This document shows positions 10,013-17,170 of a stretch of 64,000 bases of DNA, piece after piece. This DNA comes from Bacteroidota bacterium (lineage in GTDB: Bacteria > Bacteroidota > Bacteroidia > Bacteroidales > JAIPAH01): the NCBI GenBank assembly GCA_021767705.1, contig JAASSU010000001.1, forward strand, positions 7,558 through 71,557, written 5' to 3'. Every line of letters starts with the position of its first letter. Positions within the stretch are counted from its first letter, which is position 1. Made by a program: the position numbers and the translations under genes. Below the pieces are notes generated by a model, which ran no database searches, was not told the origin of the DNA, and worked only from the letters and a program-made list of their open reading frames with translations.

Positions 10013-10447
10013 ATGAATTCTAAAAAATTAAAAAAATCAGCAGCCATTGTAACCGGAACTATCATTGCCGGTTCATTTTCAGTCAACGCACAAGCCGGTG
10101 ACGCCAATCTTTTCGAATATGACAACCTGGGCTCAGGTGCAGAGTTACGCAGTGAACTTCTGCAAAAGAACAGCGAGCGCTACAAAACCTTCGAAATGAA
10201 GTGTGGTGGCAAAAAAGCCGAAGCTTCAAAGAAAGACAAATCGTCTGAAGCTAAATGTGGTGAGGGCAAGTGTGGTGCCGACAAAAAAGCCGATGCCAAG
10301 AAAAAAGGTAAAGAAGCAAAAAGCACTGAAGCCAAGTGCGGCGAAGGCAAATGTGGTGGCGGAGATAAAAAAGCCGACAGCACCAAGAAGGAAGAAAGTA
10401 AAGCTGCACAGTCGAAGTGTGGACAAGGAAAATGTGGCGTTGAATAG
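10013..10447 (+). CDS. Secreted Lys-rich Cys-repeat peptide, candidate RiPP precursor (resembles HvfA/oxazolin-type EGKCG-repeat metallophore precursors)
   Basis: Sec-type leader is MNSKKLKKSAAIVTGTIIAGSFSVNAQA. The mature part contains MKCGG, EAKCGEGKCG (twice) and QSKCGQGKCG, giving 7 Cys, all in KCG context, separated by K/A/E/D-rich spacers. It sits immediately upstream of the DUF692-DUF2063-DoxX genes. Confidence 0.75.
   Translation: MNSKKLKKSAAIVTGTIIAGSFSVNAQAGDANLFEYDNLGSGAELRSELLQKNSERYKTFEMKCGGKKAEASKKDKSSEAKCGEGKCGADKKADAKKKGKEAKSTEAKCGEGKCGGGDKKADSTKKEESKAAQSKCGQGKCGVE
10247..10438 (+). repeat. Three in-frame copies of a 30-nt (E/Q)(A/S)KCG(E/Q)GKCG unit inside the precursor gene
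   Basis: The units lie at 10247-10276, 10328-10357 and 10409-10438. Units 1 and 2 encode the identical peptide EAKCGEGKCG but differ at 6 of 30 nt, and all six differences are at third codon positions. Confidence 0.9.
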
Positions 10448-10465
10448 TGAGGGTGAATCTAAGGC

Positions 10466-10497
10466 AGGGCGTCCGTCGCCCTCGCCTTTCTTTTCTT
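10466..10497 (+). terminator. Hairpin plus T-rich tract between the precursor and maturase genes (possible partial terminator or attenuator)
   Basis: AGGGCG (10466-10471), a TCCGT loop and CGCCCT (10477-10482), followed by CGCCTTTCTTTTCTT. Confidence 0.45.
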
Positions 10498-10523
10498 GAT
10501 TACAAAACCAAAGCTGAAACATT

Positions 10524-11360
10524 ATGAAAACAAAAATTGGCATAGGAGCACGAAGGGAATTTATTGATGAACTGATTGAACAGCAAGACCTGCATCCGGA
10601 TTTTGTGGAGCTGGCTCCCGAAAACTGGATGAAAATGGGTGGTTACTGGGGCAAGAAACTCCGCCAGGTCACTGAAAGATATCCCGTAACCTGCCATGGC
10701 CTTTCGCTTTCGTTAGGAAGCCCCGAGGAGCTGGATTACGCTTTTGTAAAAGACCTGAAAAAGTTCCTCGAAGAACATGATGTACAGATTTTCTCTGAGC
10801 ACTTGAGCTACACCAAAACACACAATGCCCATGTTTACGACTTGCTGCCTATCCCGTTCAGGGAAGATGCGGTGAAACACGTGGCGCAACGTATCCGCGA
10901 AGCACAGGAGCTGCTTGGAAGGCGCATCGCCATCGAAAATGTTTCCTATTACACGGAGGTAGACGCTGAAATGGACGAGGCTACCTTTATCAGAAGCATC
11001 GTGGAAGAGGCCGATTGTGATTTGCTCCTCGATGTAAATAACGTCTACGTCAACGCCTTTAACCATAACTACGATGCTAAAGAGCATATCAAAAATCTAC
11101 CGCTCGATCGCGTGGCATACATTCACATGGCCGGACATGAGCAGGTAGAACCCGATCTGATTATCGACACCCATGGCGAGGCCATCATCGATCCGGTTTA
11201 TGAACTCTTTCACTATACGGTAAACCGAATGAAAGAAGTGCCCGTGCTACTTGAAAGGGATTTTAATTTTCCGGAATTAACCGAACTGCAGCAGGAGATG
11301 AACAACCTGCGCAGCATCACCGAAAAAGCCTGGAGGAACAATTATGCAGTGGCTAAGTAA
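10524..11360 (+). CDS. DUF692 / MNIO-family (MbnB-like multinuclear non-heme iron oxidase) RiPP maturase (HvfB/BufB-like)
   Basis: 278 aa TIM-barrel-type protein with DUF692 hallmark stretches: CHGLSLSLGS, FSEHLSY, IAIENVSYY, LLLDVNNVYVNA, YIHMAGH, IIDTHG and VLLERD. Confidence 0.85.
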   Translation: MKTKIGIGARREFIDELIEQQDLHPDFVELAPENWMKMGGYWGKKLRQVTERYPVTCHGLSLSLGSPEELDYAFVKDLKKFLEEHDVQIFSEHLSYTKTHNAHVYDLLPIPFREDAVKHVAQRIREAQELLGRRIAIENVSYYTEVDAEMDEATFIRSIVEEADCDLLLDVNNVYVNAFNHNYDAKEHIKNLPLDRVAYIHMAGHEQVEPDLIIDTHGEAIIDPVYELFHYTVNRMKEVPVLLERDFNFPELTELQQEMNNLRSITEKAWRNNYAVAK

Positions 11361-12108
11361 CCATACTGAAGATCTTCAGAGTCAGTTTGCGGAATTTTGC
11401 CGCACCGGAAAACCGGTGTCGCTTCCGGGGACCAACCCGCAACGCATGGAACACTACCGCAGACTTTCATTCAGCGTCATTTATAATTCGCTGGAACAGG
11501 CATACCCTATCACACAGCAAGTACTAACCGATAGCGAGTGGACAGACCTGGTGGATGGTTTCTATGCCAACCACGATAATACTACACCATTGTTGTGGCA
11601 AATGCCACATGGCTTTTATGAGTATGTTGCCAATTCCGATCTTCAAATCAAAGAAGATTACCCTTTTCTTCCTGAGCTGCTTTACTTCGAGTGGCTCGAA
11701 ATTGAAGTGCATACCATGGAAGATATTCCTTACCCGGAGGGTTTTGTAAAGTCTTCAGACTTCACCACAGAAAGTGCTGTGGCAGTTAACCCTGAGCACC
11801 GGCTTGTGCAACTGACCTATCCGCTGCATCTGAAGGCCGTGGAAGAAGCCATTAAGGAGCCGGGCAACTATTACGTTTTAATTTACCGCCATCCCGAAAG
11901 CGGTAATGTAAAGTTTATGAACCTCTCTGTTTTGTTTGCTTTTGCATTCAGCCTTTTTGCCGAAAAGCAGCTAAACATTTACGAGGCAGCTAAAGAAATT
12001 GAAAATCAATTTGGACTTGGGGAAGAGAAGCAGGTGTTAAAACACCTCCATAGCTTCCTGAATAAGATGTCTGAATTAGAGGCAGTATCAGGAATAATCA
12101 AAAAATAA
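11344..12108 (+). CDS. DUF2063-family partner protein of MNIO enzymes (HvfC/BufC-like)
   Basis: 17-nt overlap with the DUF692 gene. The N-terminal pattern LQSQFAEFCR...RMEHYRRL...YPITQQVL...W..LV..F...TPLLWQMP..FYEYV is typical of DUF2063. Confidence 0.7.
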   Translation: MQWLSNHTEDLQSQFAEFCRTGKPVSLPGTNPQRMEHYRRLSFSVIYNSLEQAYPITQQVLTDSEWTDLVDGFYANHDNTTPLLWQMPHGFYEYVANSDLQIKEDYPFLPELLYFEWLEIEVHTMEDIPYPEGFVKSSDFTTESAVAVNPEHRLVQLTYPLHLKAVEEAIKEPGNYYVLIYRHPESGNVKFMNLSVLFAFAFSLFAEKQLNIYEAAKEIENQFGLGEEKQVLKHLHSFLNKMSELEAVSGIIKK

Positions 12109-12114
12109 AATATC

Positions 12115-12549
12115 ATGTTAGAGAAAATTAAAAAAATCACACAGAAATTCGATTCATTACAAGATTTATCGTTGTTGTTTTTAAGGCTTATTTTGGCCTA
12201 TGGCTTTTACACGCCGGCCGTCAACAAATGGAAAAATATGGAAGGCATCGCACAATGGTTCGAAAGTATGAACTACCCGTTGCCACTTCTTAATGCCTAC
12301 CTTGCCGGCACCACCGAAGCCGCTGGGGTATTGTTGCTTTTGCTGGGACTGGGCACGCGTCTGATTTCCATCCCGTTAATGTTTACAATGCTCGTGGCCA
12401 TCTTCACTGTGCACATCGGCAATGGTTTTGCCGCAGGTGATAACGGCTTCGAGATCCCGCTCTATTATTTTCTGATGTTGTTGGTGCTGATGGCTTATGG
12501 GTCTGGGAAATACAGCATTGATTTCATCACAAGGAAGATGCGTGAATAA
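12115..12549 (+). CDS. DoxX-family membrane protein (HvfX-like)
   Basis: 144 aa with 4 TM. DoxX-like stretch is LLFLRLILAYGF...AGTTEAAGVLLLLLGLGTRLISIPLMFTMLVAIFTVH. It starts 6 nt after the DUF2063 gene stop. Confidence 0.8.
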   Translation: MLEKIKKITQKFDSLQDLSLLFLRLILAYGFYTPAVNKWKNMEGIAQWFESMNYPLPLLNAYLAGTTEAAGVLLLLLGLGTRLISIPLMFTMLVAIFTVHIGNGFAAGDNGFEIPLYYFLMLLVLMAYGSGKYSIDFITRKMRE

Positions 12550-12589
12550 AAAACTTCGTTTCTTAGTTTTTTGGATTTGTTTTAGGAGT

Positions 12590-12622
12590 AAAAGCTTGCA
12601 TGGATATACCATGCAAGCTTTT
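12590..12622. terminator. Bidirectional terminator between the convergent DoxX and Crp genes
   Basis: Perfect 14-bp stem of AAAAGCTTGCATGG, an ATATA loop and CCATGCAAGCTTTT, flanked by T/A runs on both strands. Confidence 0.8.
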
Positions 12623-12625
12623 TGT

Positions 12626-13306
12626 TTAAAGTTTTTCCGGTTCATGAATCAAAATTCTTTTCCGGTCATAATCAAGCAGGCCTTCTTTCTCAAGTTGATT
12701 CATAATGGTTGTAACAGTCTGACGTGTGGTGGCCGAAAGGTTGGCTAAATCCTGGTGTGTCAGCTTGAGTTCAATCACCACCTCATCGCCCACCGGGCGG
12801 CCATGCTCTTCGGCCAAATCTTTCAATACCTGCTTTACACGATCGGGAGCTTTCTTAAACCATAAAGCTTCCAGACGTGAACGCACTTTCTTCAATCGGA
12901 AACCCACCAGCTTAGTTACATTGAGGTTAAGCTGCGGATTCTGTTCCATGAAACGTTCAAACTCCTTTACGCTGATGCTGCAAACAACGGCATCCTCAGT
13001 AGCTTCGGCCACCTGCGCCTGCACTTTATCACCCATGATAGCCTGCTCGCCAAACAGCTCGCCTGGCCCCAGAATAGCATGGGTCAGCTCTTTTCCCTCT
13101 TCAGAGTAAGAAGAGATTTTTACTTTTCCTTCTTTCAGGAAATAGATAGAATGCGACGAGTCGCCCGGAAGATAAATGCTTTCCGACTGTCGCGTATGTT
13201 TCATGGTGGACTTGTCGTTCATCTCCATCATCTCCTTCTTCGACATCGACTTCAGGATATTGAAGTTTTCAAAGTACCAAAGTTTTGTTTTCGACGATTC
13301 AGCCAT
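12626..13306 (-). CDS. Crp/Fnr-family transcriptional regulator (cNMP-binding domain + C-terminal HTH, no Cys cluster)
   Basis: Beta-roll is YFLKEGKVKISSYSEEGKELTHAILGPGELFGE. HTH is LTHQDLANLSATTRQTVTTIMNQLEKEG. Confidence 0.85.
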   Translation of the reverse strand: MAESSKTKLWYFENFNILKSMSKKEMMEMNDKSTMKHTRQSESIYLPGDSSHSIYFLKEGKVKISSYSEEGKELTHAILGPGELFGEQAIMGDKVQAQVAEATEDAVVCSISVKEFERFMEQNPQLNLNVTKLVGFRLKKVRSRLEALWFKKAPDRVKQVLKDLAEEHGRPVGDEVVIELKLTHQDLANLSATTRQTVTTIMNQLEKEGLLDYDRKRILIHEPEKL

Positions 13307-13590
13307 AGCAAATAATTTTTTGAAAGTTACAATTTTTTTTCTGATGGTAAATGGTGTCGGATAAGATTATTGAAGTTATATATGCTATTAAAGGATATTT
13401 CTTATCTTTATTCAGGAAATACATTCGTTTATGCCAAAGATGATATTCCGGAAGTTAGAGAAAGGTTTCTGAGATATATAAAAACAATTAATTGTTCTTT
13501 TGAAGCCATTGTTGCACGGAAACTACCTGACTTATATGATTTTGAGAGTTATGGTAAGGAAAGCTGGCCTAATTATTACGGTAAAAATAA

Positions 13591-14112
13591 TCAACCAATC
13601 TGCCGGCAGAGTTTTTTTAGTATTTTCTGTCCGGCATTTTTGAAACCAGGCGTTCCTTTGGGGAGTTGGTCTTCGATAACGGCAGCAAGCTCTGGCTTAA
13701 GATCGGGTTCTGCCTCAGAGATGTCGTACAATATATTCATCGAGAACATTTTTACGGCGGTGGGCCTTTCGGGGTCCATCAGCCATCGGAACCCCAGGTC
13801 AGCTAAAATACCGTGATGCTCCTCTTCAAAACCACCCAACCACAGCATTTTCAGGAAGTGACGCCGCAGCGAATCGGAGGGAAGCTCCGGAAGGCGCTCG
13901 GCCATGAACGGAAGATAGGGCTTTATCACCTCGGGATGCGCCAAAAAACAATGCTCCAAAGCCCAGGCAGCCACTCGCGAAATGTAGTTTTTCTCATGAC
14001 TGGTGAGCTGCCAAAGCTCATCGCGGCAGCTTTCACTTTCGTAAGCCATCTTTGCCAATTGCTTGGCATTATCCACTCCCGGATGCATTTCAATAAGTTC
14101 AATCAAATTCAT
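13591..14112 (-). CDS. Hypothetical helical-repeat (HEAT/alkylation-repair-like) protein
   Basis: The ORF has a helical repeat character. I prefer the internal ATG (MNLIELIEMH) because the track N-terminus is low-complexity. The function is not established. Confidence 0.4.
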   Translation of the reverse strand: MNLIELIEMHPGVDNAKQLAKMAYESESCRDELWQLTSHEKNYISRVAAWALEHCFLAHPEVIKPYLPFMAERLPELPSDSLRRHFLKMLWLGGFEEEHHGILADLGFRWLMDPERPTAVKMFSMNILYDISEAEPDLKPELAAVIEDQLPKGTPGFKNAGQKILKKLCRQIG

Positions 14113-14310
14113 TTTGCTGGTTTCATCAGTTTTTAGCTGCTGCAATAAAAGTAGGACAAAAATCGACAATTTGTAATAATCCAAATTGTAGAAATATAAA
14201 TTCATGAGGAATTAAAGCTTTTTGGGTGCATTTACAAATGCCACCTCAAAAGGCACTTACAAAGTATTTGTTCCTTAATAGGAGCTTGCAGGTAAAAGAC
14301 AGATAATTAG

Positions 14311-14318
14311 TATTTTTG
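14311..14318 (+). promoter_or_regulatory. -7 box TAnnTTTG upstream of a TetR gene
   Basis: TATTTTTG lies 19 nt before the ATG at 14337. Confidence 0.35.
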
Positions 14319-14336
14319 CAAACCAAACATAGATTT

Positions 14337-14948
14337 ATGAATCTTACAACAAGGCAACAAGAAATTATTTGGAGTGCTATTCACTTAATAGATGAAAAAG
14401 GTATTCAGGGTTTAACTATAAAGAACCTGTCTGCACGTATGGGGTTTACCGAAGCTGCTATATACCGCCATTTCAAAAGTAAGATTAATATTCTTTCAGC
14501 AATTATTGATCTTTTTAAAGCACAAACAGCCCAAATCATCAATGAAAAAGAACACTCTGATGATCACTCGCTCATTCAACTGAAAAATATCTTTTCCCAT
14601 TATAGTACAATTTTTAGTAAAGACCCAGCCATTGTTTCTGTAATATTTGCCGAGGAAATTTTTCAAAATGAAGATTCACTAAGTGCCAGGCTTACCGAAA
14701 TTATTGAAACCAATGAGCTGTTTTTAGGTCGCCTTGTTCAATCAGGACAGAAAAATGGAGAACTCAGAAATGATATTGATCCCAGCCTGGCCGCCACGAA
14801 TTTGCTGGGCAGTTTCAGGCTAATCGTGAAGAAATGGAAACTCAATGGTTTTAGATATTCGCTCAAGGATGAAACAGAGCGATTGACTGAATACTTTGCT
14901 ACAATATTGTCTCCTCTTAAAGATAAAACAAACCAGGAGCAAGCCTAA
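14337..14948 (+). CDS. TetR/AcrR-family transcriptional regulator
   Basis: N-terminal HTH is GIQGLTIKNLSARMGFTEAAIYRHFKSK. Confidence 0.9.
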   Translation: MNLTTRQQEIIWSAIHLIDEKGIQGLTIKNLSARMGFTEAAIYRHFKSKINILSAIIDLFKAQTAQIINEKEHSDDHSLIQLKNIFSHYSTIFSKDPAIVSVIFAEEIFQNEDSLSARLTEIIETNELFLGRLVQSGQKNGELRNDIDPSLAATNLLGSFRLIVKKWKLNGFRYSLKDETERLTEYFATILSPLKDKTNQEQA

Positions 14949-15055
14949 AAATAACCGAATCTGCTAATCTGCTTCTGAACTCACATAGGTTTTCGAACAA
15001 TAAACGATATGTATGTGTTTACTCACTTACAACTATCATCTAGAAATAGGATACT

Positions 15056-15595
15056 ATGCTAAGTAAAAAACCAAAAAGATCAATGCAACACAGAAAAGGC
15101 AGCTACATTGCTATTTTTTTGTTTGGAATAAGCGTTGCTTTCACAACGATTTCAAGTACGAATGGCAGAAAAATTAATAATTCAAAGGCATATTTGCCAG
15201 CCACTGAAAACACCATTCTCAATTCTCCTTCATCAGAGGATACTCTGCCATTGCTTTCTATTATGACAAAGCTTGAACGCGACGTAAATAAAATTAGTGC
15301 GGGGATATGGAGACATGACTTTCAGATGATAAAAGAAGGAGCAAAAAATATTGCCCATCATCCTAAAATTCCTCCACGACAGGTAAAGCTTATCAAAGCC
15401 ATTCTCGGGCCCGACCGGTTCAAAAATTTTGTAAAAACCGATCAACGGGTACATCAAAAAGCGGTCGAAATAGCAAAAATGGCTGAAAAGAAAAAGCTGG
15501 ATGTGACCACAGAATTGTTCCTCGAAATGGAGCGGGGATGTATCTCTTGTCATGTCGATCACAGAAATAAAGTAGTTTCCAGCGATAACTGGTAA
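15056..15595 (+). CDS. Class II cytochrome c-like protein (cytochrome c-prime/c556 architecture), N-terminally anchored or secreted
   Basis: It has an N-terminal hydrophobic segment, a helical body, and a single heme motif CISCH only 13 residues from the C-terminus. That placement is diagnostic of class II c-type cytochromes. Confidence 0.5.
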   Translation: MLSKKPKRSMQHRKGSYIAIFLFGISVAFTTISSTNGRKINNSKAYLPATENTILNSPSSEDTLPLLSIMTKLERDVNKISAGIWRHDFQMIKEGAKNIAHHPKIPPRQVKLIKAILGPDRFKNFVKTDQRVHQKAVEIAKMAEKKKLDVTTELFLEMERGCISCHVDHRNKVVSSDNW

Positions 15596-15623
15596 GAATT
15601 TTAGCAAATCAAAACCAAATACA

Positions 15624-16412
15624 ATGATATCAAGAAATCTGGACAAAGCGAGAGAAGCTTACAAAAACAAAGACGCTGAAGCCGTCAAAGAAGCCCATGC
15701 GGGGCACGTGCATTCAGAGCCTCACAAACAAGAGTCCGGCCAGTATATTGGCAGCGCCGTATATGGCGGTCTCGATGGAATCATTACTACCTTCGCAGTA
15801 GTAGCCGGGGTTGCCGGGGCGCAGTTAAGCGCCGGTGTAGTACTTATCCTGGGCTTTGCCAATCTTTTTGCCGATGGTATTTCAATGGCCGTGGGCGATT
15901 TTTTGAGTACAAAAGCTGAGCAGGAATACAACACATCCGAAAAAAACCGCGAGAGCTGGGAAGTGGATGTGTATCCCGAAGGAGAAAAACAAGAGCTTAT
16001 TGACTTATACACCACCAAAGGCTATTCAAAAGAAGATGCCCAACAAATGGTCGATATCATTGCCAAAAACAAAGAAGGGTGGGTGGATATTATGATGAAA
16101 GAAGAATTGGAAATCATCGAAGATAATTCCTCGCCGCTCAAAAATTCACTGGTTACATTCGGCAGTTTTGCATTATTCGGTTTTATCCCGCTCATTGCCT
16201 TCACCATAGCCCAACTTTATCAAACCCTTCAGGGCAACACATTTTTGATTGCTTCGGTAATGACCGGGGCCACACTGTTTATCCTGGGTGCTTTGAAGGT
16301 TCGTATCACTAACCAAAAGTGGTACCGCGCCGGATTGGAAATGCTGCTTGTCGGAGGTATTGCTGCCGCCGCCGCATACGTGGTTGGAGTGTTGTTGAAA
16401 GGTGTGGCTTAA
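15624..16412 (+). CDS. VIT1/CCC1-family Fe/Mn transporter
   Basis: VIT-family stretches are GGLDGIITTFAVVAGVAGA and FADGISMAVGDFLS, with C-terminal TM helices. Confidence 0.8.
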   Translation: MISRNLDKAREAYKNKDAEAVKEAHAGHVHSEPHKQESGQYIGSAVYGGLDGIITTFAVVAGVAGAQLSAGVVLILGFANLFADGISMAVGDFLSTKAEQEYNTSEKNRESWEVDVYPEGEKQELIDLYTTKGYSKEDAQQMVDIIAKNKEGWVDIMMKEELEIIEDNSSPLKNSLVTFGSFALFGFIPLIAFTIAQLYQTLQGNTFLIASVMTGATLFILGALKVRITNQKWYRAGLEMLLVGGIAAAAAYVVGVLLKGVA

Positions 16413-16434
16413 TACATACCAAAAAAATTAAATA

Positions 16435-16476
16435 AAGGATTGCCATGAAAAGCCCTCATAGCAATCCTTTTCCATT
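16435..16476 (+). terminator. Hairpin terminator after the VIT1 gene
   Basis: AAGGATTGC (16435-16443) pairs with GCAATCCTT (16461-16469), followed by a T-rich tract. The loop is long at 17 nt. Confidence 0.5.
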
Positions 16477-16527
16477 TATAAACTATAATATTTTAAAAAA
16501 ATACTTGCGTTGACTTAAAAATTGAAT

Positions 16528-16535
16528 TACTTTTG
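16528..16535 (+). promoter_or_regulatory. -7 box TAnnTTTG, with a GTAAA-TG-TTTAC dyad just downstream as a possible TetR operator
   Basis: TACTTTTG lies at 16528-16535, and the dyad at about 16538-16549 sits between the box and the ATG at 16556. Confidence 0.35.
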
Positions 16536-16555
16536 TAAGTAAATGTTTACATACT

Positions 16556-17143
16556 ATGATAAGTAATCGAAAGAGACAAATAATGAAGGAGGCAACAAAA
16601 ATTGTGAGTAATCATGGCCTCAATTCGCTTACAATGTCTTTGCTGGCAAAAAATGTTGGTATCACGGAGGGAGCCATCTACCGCCATTTTAGCTGCAAAA
16701 ATGAGTTGATCATGGAGATTTTAAATGATATATTCCTTGAAACGACTAATCAAATTATAGAGGTAACAAGTCAAAATCTTTCAAGTACTGATAAACTAGA
16801 TCTTATCTTGAGAAATCAATTATCATCATTTACAAAGCATCCTTCGCAAGCAAATATTTTATTCTCAGATGAATACTTCCTTGCAAATCACGACATAAAG
16901 ATTCTTATATATTCTATTATTACTACCGTCCAATTGTATTTACAGGAAATTTTCGAAGAAGGAAAAATAAAAGGGGAGTTTCGGAACTCTCTTGAAGCTC
17001 GTCATACTTCATTAATGTTTCTCGGAATGATTAGGATGCTAGTATTAAACTGGAAATTATCAGATTATCAATGGGATTTATCCGCTTATGGAAGGAACTA
17101 TTACAATAGTTTTCTGAGCATGATTCAAATAAAAAAAATTTAA
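16556..17143 (+). CDS. TetR/AcrR-family transcriptional regulator
   Basis: HTH is GLNSLTMSLLAKNVGITEGAIYRHFSCK. Confidence 0.9.
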   Translation: MISNRKRQIMKEATKIVSNHGLNSLTMSLLAKNVGITEGAIYRHFSCKNELIMEILNDIFLETTNQIIEVTSQNLSSTDKLDLILRNQLSSFTKHPSQANILFSDEYFLANHDIKILIYSIITTVQLYLQEIFEEGKIKGEFRNSLEARHTSLMFLGMIRMLVLNWKLSDYQWDLSAYGRNYYNSFLSMIQIKKI

Positions 17144-17170
17144 ACAAAAAGTCAGTAAATATTAACACAC

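Noticed and set aside
10196-10447. Possible CRISPR-like or non-coding tandem repeat
   Set aside because: The repeats are 30 nt, in frame, degenerate only at third codon positions and unevenly spaced, so they are coding repeats rather than a CRISPR array.
10180-10543. Alternative-frame ORFs over the precursor gene (10203..10499 +, 10226..10543 -, 10180..10386 -)
   Set aside because: They arise from the low-complexity Lys/Ala/Gly-coding repeats. Only the 10013 frame has a signal peptide, the Cys repeats with purely synonymous divergence, and a promoter box.
13370-13816. 148-aa plus-strand ORF
   Set aside because: Its 3' half overlaps the better-supported minus-strand gene 13591-14112, its 5' half lies in AT-rich intergenic DNA, and no motif is present.
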